DNA of 59,818 bases, taken from an uncultured Alphaproteobacteria bacterium (GTDB lineage Bacteria; Pseudomonadota; Alphaproteobacteria; RF32; CAG-239). Shown in pieces: positions 27,731 through 36,268 of this stretch. The stretch's first letter is position 1, and every line of letters starts with the position of its first letter. Both the position numbers and the translations under genes were made by a program. The notes beneath the pieces are model-generated. The model did not search any database. It was not told the origin of the DNA and was given only the letters and a program-made list of their open reading frames with translations. Where the stretch lies: contig CALXRR010000002.1 in assembly GCA_944390905.1 (NCBI GenBank), positions 1-59,818 on the forward strand, written 5' to 3'.

Positions 27731-29512
27731 CTACCATTTTTTATAATACATCGCGCGAACAGGGCTCATCATATCATCTGTTCTTTCGCTTCTGTTCACT
27801 ACTCGCAATACAAAAGAATTTGGTTCGCGATTAGTAAAAACTGTATTCACTTTTTTATAGTCTAAACCCAAATTAGTTAAAATATTGTATAACAAATTTA
27901 AACGTTTTTGCTGAAGTTCAAAAGAACTGGTTCCGTCCAACCTTATTTCAAGCACAGTATGCTCATTTTCCTTGGTTTTGTTAGCAAAAGCCTGAATCCA
28001 ATCCAATGTCTTTCCGGATATCTCAGCTCGGTTGGGTTGGAAAGAAAGCCTGATTTCTGTGGGTAAAATTTTCCCCGGAACATCATTTTTTTGATTCGAT
28101 GCGCTTTGTGAGGTTGCTTTTTTGCTTTCTGTTTCCGATGTCGAGAATAAAGATGACAAACTGTTCAGCAAACCTTTATTGTTAGCAGATTCTTTTTCTT
28201 CAGTTGGTGTAGCATCTTTATTTTCGGCAATAAACGGAATCTCCTCCCCGCTATCGGCAAGCATTCCTTTCTCTTTCTGCAACAAATCTTCTTCAAGCTT
28301 TTTGTTAGTCGGGTCAGACACCAGCTGTGGCATTAGGTTTTTATCGTTAACAATTTCCTCTGGAATGGGGATTAAAATATTTTGTACGACCTCTCCGGCT
28401 ACTTTTACTTCGTTTTTCTTAGTATCCTTTGGTTCACCGGTTAAAACCTCAGTGATTTTTTGTGTGTCTTGAGCCTGCTTGTAGTATTCTTGTTCCAGCA
28501 CGTTTTGGTTTACCGGAAACTTTGTCCCTTTTGCTGCAATCCATTTATCATCATCTTGCTCTTGATACTTGTCAGGAGCTATCATTGCTTCAGATTCGCT
28601 TTCCTTTGATGCTTCCTGTGGCTCTGTCTCTTCTACGGAGATTTTGATTTCGGGGCGTTCTTCTGGAATTTCTACTTTTGACACATCATAAATTTCATCA
28701 GCTTCTCGCTTAACTGTTATTTCGCCCTTCTTTTGAGCCATTGGCACCCATTGCTCAGCCTCGGCAGATTTAAGTTCTCCTTTTAAGCTGTTGGCTTTAT
28801 TCTCTGTTTCGGCCACCACACTTTTAATTGGCTTATCAAAATCCAACATTGCCACTTGCTTTTGAGCTTCATCACTGTTGATTTTGATTTTCTCGTGCAT
28901 TCCGGCAATTTTGCGGTTGTCTCTTTGCAGTGGAATTAACAACAAATCTTTGTGCTCTTCTTTTTGAGCAATTTTTACCGGCGGATTCTTTCTGGGCTCA
29001 GGCTGTTTCTGACTCAATAAATCAAGAGGCGCTTTTTCCGCAGAAGCTGTTTTAGTCTGGAATGTTTTCGATTTTGTCGCATTTATCTTTTTAGGCTTGG
29101 CTGCTGAAGCTTTTTGCGGCTTGTTCAGCGCCGGAAGCTCAACTTTTTCCAAAGCGGCAATGATTCGCTCTTTTTTTGCGGGCCTTTGCGGCTGCTCTTT
29201 TTGTGCCATCTCCACAACTTGAGGCTTTTCTTGAGGGGTCGATTTTGCTACCAACTGAATATCTGTGCTTTCGACCTTAATCTCAGCCGGTTGTTGGGGT
29301 TTATCTTCTTTAATGAGGGTGATTTTTTTTACTTTTGCCTTATGGTTAGTCACAGCCGCGGGTGAAGCCTTTAAAAAAGCAGAAATATTACTGTGAGGGA
29401 GGCTCTTTTCAGGCATATCGGCCGGACGACAGAGGGTTTTATTTGCCGCAAAAATGGCAAATAACGAAAAAACAAAGCTATAAGCAAAAGTTTTTAAACC
29501 GGTATTAATCAT
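27731..29512 (-). CDS. Membrane-anchored K/E/P/Q-rich protein with degenerate OmpA/MotB-like C-terminal domain; first gene of the pilus operon
   Basis: ATG at 29512 gives the TM anchor FAYSFVFSLFAIFAA. About 480 aa of low-complexity charged sequence follow. The C-terminus is LSFQPNRAEISGKTLDWIQAFA...LEIRLDGTSS..LQQKRLNLLYNILTNLGLD..KV, with OmpA-like fold spacing. Confidence 0.4.
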   Translation of the reverse strand: MINTGLKTFAYSFVFSLFAIFAANKTLCRPADMPEKSLPHSNISAFLKASPAAVTNHKAKVKKITLIKEDKPQQPAEIKVESTDIQLVAKSTPQEKPQVVEMAQKEQPQRPAKKERIIAALEKVELPALNKPQKASAAKPKKINATKSKTFQTKTASAEKAPLDLLSQKQPEPRKNPPVKIAQKEEHKDLLLIPLQRDNRKIAGMHEKIKINSDEAQKQVAMLDFDKPIKSVVAETENKANSLKGELKSAEAEQWVPMAQKKGEITVKREADEIYDVSKVEIPEERPEIKISVEETEPQEASKESESEAMIAPDKYQEQDDDKWIAAKGTKFPVNQNVLEQEYYKQAQDTQKITEVLTGEPKDTKKNEVKVAGEVVQNILIPIPEEIVNDKNLMPQLVSDPTNKKLEEDLLQKEKGMLADSGEEIPFIAENKDATPTEEKESANNKGLLNSLSSLFSTSETESKKATSQSASNQKNDVPGKILPTEIRLSFQPNRAEISGKTLDWIQAFANKTKENEHTVLEIRLDGTSSFELQQKRLNLLYNILTNLGLDYKKVNTVFTNREPNSFVLRVVNRSERTDDMMSPVRAMYYKKW

Positions 29513-29839
29513 CAAAAAATTCCCTCTAAACCTTTGATAAATCAAAAAGCGAATCTTGGCAAAGGGATTATAATTTTATACCCAGAAAAATCGCTTTTTT
29601 TAACGAAGAAAATCGCGATTAAAACAAAATTATCAAATTGTTTACCATTTGTGTGTTAACTAAAAAAACATGTTTACACGGAATTAAGAACTGTGAATTT
29701 TTTGTTACAGTGAAAATTTTTGTTGATAAACAATGACTTGTGTGCTCGAGGGCCAAGCGGATAATACTGGAAAAAAGTATAAAAATCGGTTATCCTATAA
29801 GAGTATATAAAGTTTTGCTGTTAATTGAGGAGAAAAATA
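29513..29839. promoter_or_regulatory. Divergent control region between the pilus operon (minus) and the T4SS operon (plus)
   Basis: 327-bp AT-rich gap between divergent first genes. It contains short imperfect inverted repeats (gtgttaac..gtttacac at about 29651-29679; actgt..acagt at about 29689-29710) and a direct repeat agaaaa(a)tcgc (29584, 29607). No promoter can be pinned down by eye. Confidence 0.35.
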
Positions 29840-30202
29840 ATGAGATTTTTGAAAAACAATTTTTGGACGCTGGCAACTTTTGCCCTGATATTGATATTGG
29901 GCTTTGCCGGTGATGCCGCCGCACAAGGCCAGTCGGCATCAGGTTCAACTATTATGCAGACAGCACAAAACAAGACCATATCAGTCTTTTCATCAGTTAA
30001 GACCATCATCTTCATTATCGGTGGTTTCGGTCTGGTAGGTTTGGCATGGGCTGCTATTTTTGGTAAAGTCAACTGGAAGTGGTTGTCAGCTTTGGCCGTA
30101 GGTCTGGCTATTTTGGCAGCCGCCAGCTCTATTGTTGAATACGCTACCGGTAGTACGGAAGCCACGACCGCTGGTTTGACGACTACATTCGGTAACATTT
30201 AG
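29840..30202 (+). CDS. virB2: VirB2/TrbC-family T4SS pilin (paralog 1)
   Basis: RBS GAGGAG then ATG at 29840. It has a long signal peptide ending AAAQG and two hydrophobic helices separated by a basic loop (GGFGLVGLAWAAIFGKVNWKWLSALAVGLAILAAA). Confidence 0.65.
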   Translation: MRFLKNNFWTLATFALILILGFAGDAAAQGQSASGSTIMQTAQNKTISVFSSVKTIIFIIGGFGLVGLAWAAIFGKVNWKWLSALAVGLAILAAASSIVEYATGSTEATTAGLTTTFGNI

Positions 30203-30239
30203 CATAATAGCTTAACGACTAAGCAAAGAGGGTGCACAG

Positions 30240-30671
30240 ATGAATATTGTATTTAAGTCTCATAAATATCAACATTTATCCAAGCACCCTCTTATTGCTT
30301 TTTTGTCAGCTAAAGCAAAGCAAGGAAGTCTGTTTGGCTTCAGTCTGTTCCTTGCCTTACTTTGCCTGACAACAGATGCCGAGGCTGCTTTGTTTAGCCA
30401 ATTAACCCAAAGCGGCTCAACCATTTTTGAAGGCATGAAAGACATTATCTATGCCGTAGCCGGTTTTGGCATAGTCGGCGTAGCCATAGGCGCCTTTTTT
30501 GGCAACCTGAACTGGAAATGGCTATCGGCAATTATTATCGGACTAATGGTTATAGCCGGTACGGCGGGCATATTAATGTATATGACCGAAACCGAGGATT
30601 TAAGCTCACTATCCATAACCATCACGGACAGCCTGAAGAACGCGGCACCGCTTCCGCCCAAGAGCAAATAA
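30240..30671 (+). CDS. virB2: VirB2/TrbC-family T4SS pilin (paralog 2)
   Basis: It shares the core AGFGIVGVAIGAFFGNLNWKWLSAIIIGLMVIAG with paralog 1 and has a longer leader. Confidence 0.6.
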   Translation: MNIVFKSHKYQHLSKHPLIAFLSAKAKQGSLFGFSLFLALLCLTTDAEAALFSQLTQSGSTIFEGMKDIIYAVAGFGIVGVAIGAFFGNLNWKWLSAIIIGLMVIAGTAGILMYMTETEDLSSLSITITDSLKNAAPLPPKSK

Positions 30672-30708
30672 TATTCCGTCTTTCTTTTTTTTTGAAGGAG
30701 TAACTATT

Positions 30709-33252
30709 ATGTATCGTATGTTTATGATTGTTTTATTGCTTGCGCTCTCCTCATTTGGAACCGCAGAAGCAGCACTTGACGGCTTGGAAGATGGAAAAAC
30801 TTATACGCGAGCCGAGCTGGAAGAAATTGCCAGACAGCAAATGGGAAGCGGATATGAAGAATATCAAGCAGGTAAGGCTTCTATTCCTGAATTGCAAAAC
30901 CAAATTAAAACTGAACAACAAAATTATAAAAAGCAACAAGATGAATTGAATGAAAAGGTTCGTTCAGGAGAGATTACGGATAAGGAGTATAACCAGCAAA
31001 GTAAAGAATTGAAAAAGAGTAGTGAAGACCGAGTTGATGCTTTAGAAAAACAGATTAAAAATCAAGAAAAAGAAGTTAAAAATTTTGAAAAAGAATTTGA
31101 ACAAACCCAAAAAGACATAAATAAACAACTTGAAAAACAACAGAAAGCAGCCGAAAAAGCAGCGAAAGCCCAGCAAAAGCTTGAAGATAAGGCAACTAAA
31201 CAAAATGATAAATTGCAAGCGGCGGTGGCAGAGTGCCAAGCCATGAATGCATCTCCTGCCAAAAGACAAGAATGTGAAGAAAAAGCTCGTAAAAAATATG
31301 GATTAAGCGATGAACAGCAGCAGGCTTTAGATGAAAAAAATGCTCGTGAGCAAGCTGAGAAAGAAGCAGCCGAAAAAGCTAAACAACAAGCCGATGAAGA
31401 AGCCCAAAAAGCTAAACAACAAGCAGATGATGAGGCTTATTTAAAAAGCTTGATGGATTTGGAAGAGCCAGAGGAAGAAGATCCTTTGTTCAGTAGTGAA
31501 GCTAATGCAACCGGTAGCGGCTTGACCGGTGTTTGCGCTAATGCCGGCAATGTTTTTGAACAAATAGCCTGCAAAGCGATGATGTTTTTAATAGACTTAA
31601 GAGTCTTGGCCTATGTCCTTTCCGGATTCGGTATGGTTATGTTTGCTTGGGCTGCGATTTTTAACAAAATCAGTTGGAAACATTTTTCCCAAATCGCCAT
31701 AGGTTTGTTTATGCTCTCTATGATAGGTCCGTTTATTACTTATTTCACCGGAGACAGTACGGTTGAAGGTAATCTTGAATATGGTAATTATTTGGGAGGA
31801 AAATATAATCCGGTGTTAGGTGCCGGAGAAGCAACCTGTGCGGACGGTTCAAAAAATTGTTTGCCTGATACTGATATTGCAGCAACAGTCAATCTGCCGG
31901 AAATAGAAATAACGTCATCTAAAAAGAATTGGAGTATTGCAGATTTGAAAGGTTCAATCCAATCGGGGTTGAATCTGGTTCGTAGCGGTTATAACACTTA
32001 TCAAAATGCAAAACAGATGGCGACGGATTTTAAAGCAGAAACTCAGGCCATCGGTAATGCAATCAAGAACAGCGGCGGCGGGCTCGACGGAGTGTTAAAT
32101 GCAGCTTCTCAGGTAGCCGGAGCAGCAAATCGCTTGTCTTATGATATGCAGACCGGTATGAATGGCATTGCGCAGCAGGTTAGTAATGCGGCGAATGCGG
32201 CTCAGGATGTAACGGCAACCAATGCCGAGCGAGAGGCGCGGCAAAATATCAGAGTTAATGGTGATAATAATGGCGGAAATACGACCAATGCCGTTTCTGA
32301 ATGGCTGTCTGCATCAGGTACCGGAGGACAAGTCCTAGCGGATTTGGATAGGGATTTGAATACTGTCGGCAATGCCGCAGCAGGAGTAGGCAAAGCCACC
32401 ACCGCCGGCCACGAAGGACAAAAGATAGGCGGAGGCGGCAGCTTTGGTGATGTTGTCGGAGGTATTTTTGCCGCCGGTACTGCTATTGGCGAAGGAGCAG
32501 GAGTATATTATGATAGTCAAGAGGCGGCAGCCAAAGCTGTGCAACAAAGGCAAGAGATGGAGGCAATGAAGACATCTCCGGGGTTGACACCGGCACAGAG
32601 AGCCCAACAGCAAGTGCAAAACAAGCAACAAGCCGGCGGTACAACGGTTACAACCAATAACACTTCAACAACAAGTACACAGCCGACTTCAGGCATTACT
32701 AAAGAAGAAGCCTTAAAACAATCGGAACAAATAATAGCTAACTTTGCTAAACAGCAAGGACAATCTTCAACGGCAACAACAAAAAATAATGCAACGCAGA
32801 CCGCAAACGCCAATAAGGTAGCCACACAGTCGGCGTCTGTACAAAAGGCACAAAGTAATACAGAACAAAATTCCGCCGCACAGAATGTAGCTACTCAAAC
32901 AGCGGCTGTCGGAGCGGATACCATTTCTCGTTCAAATACAAGTACTAAAAAAGATACTGAAAGTACGGAAAATAAAACGGACAGCAGTAAAAAAACTTCA
33001 ACATCAGGGCTTGGTACAGCGGGAAATCCATATAATACTTTGAAAAATCCGGATGGTAGTTCTACAACCATAAATTCTGACGGAAGTGTTACGGTTACTT
33101 TTTCTGACGGACGTAAAGCTTCATATGCGGCGGATAACGAATATAGTAAAACAATTAGAGAATATCAGTCCGATAAGTGTAAATCTGATTGTAGAGACAC
33201 ATTTATGCAGGAAGACGGAGAAGCTCATAATGCATGTATTGCAAGGTGTTAA
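30709..33252 (+). CDS. 847-aa secreted protein with an internal VirB2-like two-helix module flanked by a coiled coil and a G/A/Q/T/S-rich low-complexity tail
   Basis: Signal peptide, then about 250 aa of K/E/Q coiled coil. Residues about 275-350 read SGFGMVMFAWAAIFNKISWKHFSQIAIGLFMLSMIG, clearly homologous to the two upstream VirB2 cores. About 490 aa of low-complexity sequence follow, ending in a Cys-rich tip. Confidence 0.7.
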   Translation: MYRMFMIVLLLALSSFGTAEAALDGLEDGKTYTRAELEEIARQQMGSGYEEYQAGKASIPELQNQIKTEQQNYKKQQDELNEKVRSGEITDKEYNQQSKELKKSSEDRVDALEKQIKNQEKEVKNFEKEFEQTQKDINKQLEKQQKAAEKAAKAQQKLEDKATKQNDKLQAAVAECQAMNASPAKRQECEEKARKKYGLSDEQQQALDEKNAREQAEKEAAEKAKQQADEEAQKAKQQADDEAYLKSLMDLEEPEEEDPLFSSEANATGSGLTGVCANAGNVFEQIACKAMMFLIDLRVLAYVLSGFGMVMFAWAAIFNKISWKHFSQIAIGLFMLSMIGPFITYFTGDSTVEGNLEYGNYLGGKYNPVLGAGEATCADGSKNCLPDTDIAATVNLPEIEITSSKKNWSIADLKGSIQSGLNLVRSGYNTYQNAKQMATDFKAETQAIGNAIKNSGGGLDGVLNAASQVAGAANRLSYDMQTGMNGIAQQVSNAANAAQDVTATNAEREARQNIRVNGDNNGGNTTNAVSEWLSASGTGGQVLADLDRDLNTVGNAAAGVGKATTAGHEGQKIGGGGSFGDVVGGIFAAGTAIGEGAGVYYDSQEAAAKAVQQRQEMEAMKTSPGLTPAQRAQQQVQNKQQAGGTTVTTNNTSTTSTQPTSGITKEEALKQSEQIIANFAKQQGQSSTATTKNNATQTANANKVATQSASVQKAQSNTEQNSAAQNVATQTAAVGADTISRSNTSTKKDTESTENKTDSSKKTSTSGLGTAGNPYNTLKNPDGSSTTINSDGSVTVTFSDGRKASYAADNEYSKTIREYQSDKCKSDCRDTFMQEDGEAHNACIARC

Positions 33253-33467
33253 TTAGTTTATGCCGGTATGAAGCTGACGACCCCAGTTTGAAAATCATCA
33301 TGGATAATGGCTTAATTAAAAAAGCCCAAAGCTACCAAACTGAATAATTAATGAAAACACCAAACATTAACCCCTTATTCATAAACTGTTGTTAATCTGA
33401 GTGAGAGAGGTTGCCAATCTCTCTGATTCGTTGTATAAGAACAATATTAGGCATAAGGAGCAGGTTC

Positions 33468-33758
33468 ATGCGAGCATTAATCTTAAAAGCAGTGGCCAAT
33501 CCTCCCAAGATTCTCTGGGGGCCTTTGTTGCCTGTTCTTATCAATCTATCAATACAGTTTCCGCTGATGTTTATGGCCATAGGAGCCTTCAATCTCAACC
33601 CGATAATTTTTTTGGCCAGCATAACCTTGGTTCATACCGGCATTGTCCTTTACGGAGCCAAGGAGCCTCATATTTCGACGATGATTCAGGCTTATGGCCA
33701 AACCTATCGCAAAACCAACAACCTTTATCCTGAAGGGGGGAATAAATTTGAGCCCTGA
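33468..33758 (+). CDS. virB3: VirB3-like T4SS inner-membrane protein
   Basis: RBS AAGGAG then ATG at 33468. 96 aa with one long hydrophobic stretch (WGPLLPVLINLSIQFPLMFMAIGAFNLNPIIFLASITLVHTGIVL). It lies directly upstream of and overlapping virB4. Confidence 0.55.
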   Translation: MRALILKAVANPPKILWGPLLPVLINLSIQFPLMFMAIGAFNLNPIIFLASITLVHTGIVLYGAKEPHISTMIQAYGQTYRKTNNLYPEGGNKFEP

Positions 33759-36180
33759 TTTTGATTTTTTCAGCACCTTTGTCCAAGGTTTAAGCTCGTT
33801 TGAGATTTTGGTAACCTTTATCGGCTTTGTCTCAGCGGCGGCTTTTGCCGGCTTCTGGGCCACTCGTTTAGGACGGGCGATTCTCCCTCAGCCTTATGAG
33901 TCCCGAGTTGCGGACTTCTTGCCGTTTACCAAATTAATGTCTGACGGCATCACCATCAGGTGTTACAACGGCTCTTTTGCTCGTGTTTTTAAGGTTGAAG
34001 GAGCTGATTTATCCTTTGTCACGGATGAAAAGAATTTAGCCATGGCTGAGGCTCGCAAATCATGGATAGACGGCATGTCCGATTTGCAAATCACCTGCCG
34101 CGTTATCACCATGCGCGACCGCATAGAGCTGGAGAACAGCGAAGGCGATTTTAACAACCAGCTTCTTGAACAAATCTCAAACACATGGAAAAACAGTCTG
34201 GATAGGGTTTATGCCAACACTCACTATATTATATTATCGGTTCCGGATAGACCGGACGCTTTAAAAGACTTAAACTATGCCTCGCAGTCGCTTTTGGCTA
34301 CCTTGAATGACTACGGCGTTAAACCTATGTATGAGACCGAAGACAGTCCCGCCAGCGAAAGCCCGCTGTCATTGTTTACGCGCATCTGCAGCCCGATAAG
34401 CCTGCCTGAGCCCAAAGTCCGAGGGGCAGAGGGTTATCAACTCAACGAGTTATTGACCGCCGACCATATCCATTTTACCGGAGAAAAAGGTATTATCCGC
34501 TTTTTTTCCGGAGACAAAGAGATGTACGCCATCACCATGGGGATTCGCACTTCCGGAGACTATATGGATGAGAGCATGGTTGCCACCATTCTGGCGATTG
34601 ATTGTGAATTAACACTTCTGCACAACATCAAGCCGATATTCAAGCCTCAAGCCCGCGCCCTATTGATGCAGCAGCGCAACATGGCTCGTATCACCAGTTT
34701 TTCGCCTGATGTTGTTAATCAATATGCCGAAGCTTTGTCTGCGATTGAAGAAAGTGATGCTGACTACCAGTCTTTGAGCGAATACGCCATGAGCATCATC
34801 ATCAAAGGCCAGAGCATTGAGGAGGTCGACTTCGGTGAAAGCGAAATCCAACGTATCTGCCGTTTGTTTGGTGTAACACCGGTCAGAGAAGGCTGGGTCA
34901 CTCAGGCCACTTTCTTCAACCAGTTTCCGACTTATGAGACCTATCCGCGAACTTATCGCTATTTATCAAGGGTCGTAGCCGCGGCCATTTCCTTTGACAA
35001 GCCATCTGAAGGCCTGCGTAAGAGCGACTGGGGCCCCGGAGCCATTACCATATTCAAAACCACGTCCGGTTCAGCCTACCGTTTTCAGTTCCATGTGTCT
35101 GAAGAAGATTCTGCGGTTGCTCACTGCTGCATAATCGGTCCTACCGGCCAAGGTAAAACCACCTTGCTGACCTTTTTAGCCGGCCAAGCCATGCGACACC
35201 CTGATTTAAGAGTATTCTTTTTTGACCGTCACCGTGGTGCCGAGATTTTCACCCGCGCGATAGGAGGCGCTTATGTCGGCTTTGACGGCGATGAACGAAC
35301 CGTATCGCTCAACCCGTTTGACTGCGCCGATACTCCGGTCAATCGTGCTTTTTTGCGCCAGTGGATGCGCTCTATTACCATGACGACTGATGCCCTGTCC
35401 GAAAAAGAAATCAGCCGTGCGGTTACCACTGCGTTTGAATATTTAAAGCCCGAGGAACGAATAATGAAAAACCTCTATAAGAGCTGTTTTTCCCCGACCG
35501 GCAACATGCGCCGCGAGCTTTTCCGCTGGGTCAATCCTGAACAATACGGCAATATTTTTAACGCCGATACCGATAGCTTGGACTTACGTCAAAAACGCTT
35601 TATGGCCTTTGACTTTACTCATATTTTTGAGGACGAGGCTCTAGCTCCGGCGGTTATCAGCTATATCATGCACCGTATCCAGTCCGAGACCGGCGAAACC
35701 GGCGTTCCGTCATTGATTATGATAGATGAAACCGCACCAATGCTCAAACACCCGATGTTCCGTGATTATTTCCGCATTGGCTTGCAAGAAGGCCGAAAAA
35801 AGCGCCAAGCTTATCTTTGCGCCTTTCAGCAGCCCAATATTGTTGATGAGCTGGGTGTTGGTGAGGTTATCCGCGGCCAATGCCAAACCGTCATCTTTTT
35901 CCGCAACCCGCAAGGCATGGTTGATGACTACGCCAACTGGAACTTGACCGACCGTGAGCTAGACTTTATTTTCGGCAAGAGCTACCGCGATTTTCCGTAT
36001 GCAATATTGCTTTCGCGTCCGGCCACGGGAGAGTCGGTAATTTTGGATGTTGACTTAAGCGGCCTCGGCCCCTACTTAAAGCTCTACAATTCCGGCCGTA
36101 AGAATGTCTTGCTGGTAGAAAAATTAATCAAAGAATATGGTGAAGACAACTTTGTTACCCAATACTTAAATATCGCGTAA
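33694..36180 (+). CDS. virB4: VirB4 T4SS ATPase
   Basis: 828 aa with Walker A IIGPTGQGKTT, Walker B SLIMIDETAP and the typical CagE/TrbE/VirB4 length. The start is ambiguous. ATG 33694 overlaps virB3 by 65 nt, and an in-frame TTG at about 33748 would overlap it by only about 11 nt. Confidence 0.85.
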   Translation: MAKPIAKPTTFILKGGINLSPDFDFFSTFVQGLSSFEILVTFIGFVSAAAFAGFWATRLGRAILPQPYESRVADFLPFTKLMSDGITIRCYNGSFARVFKVEGADLSFVTDEKNLAMAEARKSWIDGMSDLQITCRVITMRDRIELENSEGDFNNQLLEQISNTWKNSLDRVYANTHYIILSVPDRPDALKDLNYASQSLLATLNDYGVKPMYETEDSPASESPLSLFTRICSPISLPEPKVRGAEGYQLNELLTADHIHFTGEKGIIRFFSGDKEMYAITMGIRTSGDYMDESMVATILAIDCELTLLHNIKPIFKPQARALLMQQRNMARITSFSPDVVNQYAEALSAIEESDADYQSLSEYAMSIIIKGQSIEEVDFGESEIQRICRLFGVTPVREGWVTQATFFNQFPTYETYPRTYRYLSRVVAAAISFDKPSEGLRKSDWGPGAITIFKTTSGSAYRFQFHVSEEDSAVAHCCIIGPTGQGKTTLLTFLAGQAMRHPDLRVFFFDRHRGAEIFTRAIGGAYVGFDGDERTVSLNPFDCADTPVNRAFLRQWMRSITMTTDALSEKEISRAVTTAFEYLKPEERIMKNLYKSCFSPTGNMRRELFRWVNPEQYGNIFNADTDSLDLRQKRFMAFDFTHIFEDEALAPAVISYIMHRIQSETGETGVPSLIMIDETAPMLKHPMFRDYFRIGLQEGRKKRQAYLCAFQQPNIVDELGVGEVIRGQCQTVIFFRNPQGMVDDYANWNLTDRELDFIFGKSYRDFPYAILLSRPATGESVILDVDLSGLGPYLKLYNSGRKNVLLVEKLIKEYGEDNFVTQYLNIA

Positions 36181-36268
36181 AAGGGCAAAATTCACACTAT
36201 TGTAACATATTATATGCTATAATTATAATAAGAGTAAGAAGGTGTCTTTATAACGACGGGAGGCTTTA

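Noticed and set aside
30709-33252. The 847-aa protein as the missing VirB6.
   Set aside because: Beyond the signal peptide it has only two hydrophobic helices, and they align with the VirB2 core. VirB6/TrbL proteins have five or more TM segments.
33403-33425. Hairpin agagag-gttgccaat-ctctct upstream of virB3 as a terminator or attenuator.
   Set aside because: The stem is short, there is no U-tract, and it lies about 30 nt upstream of the virB3 RBS. That is too weak to call.
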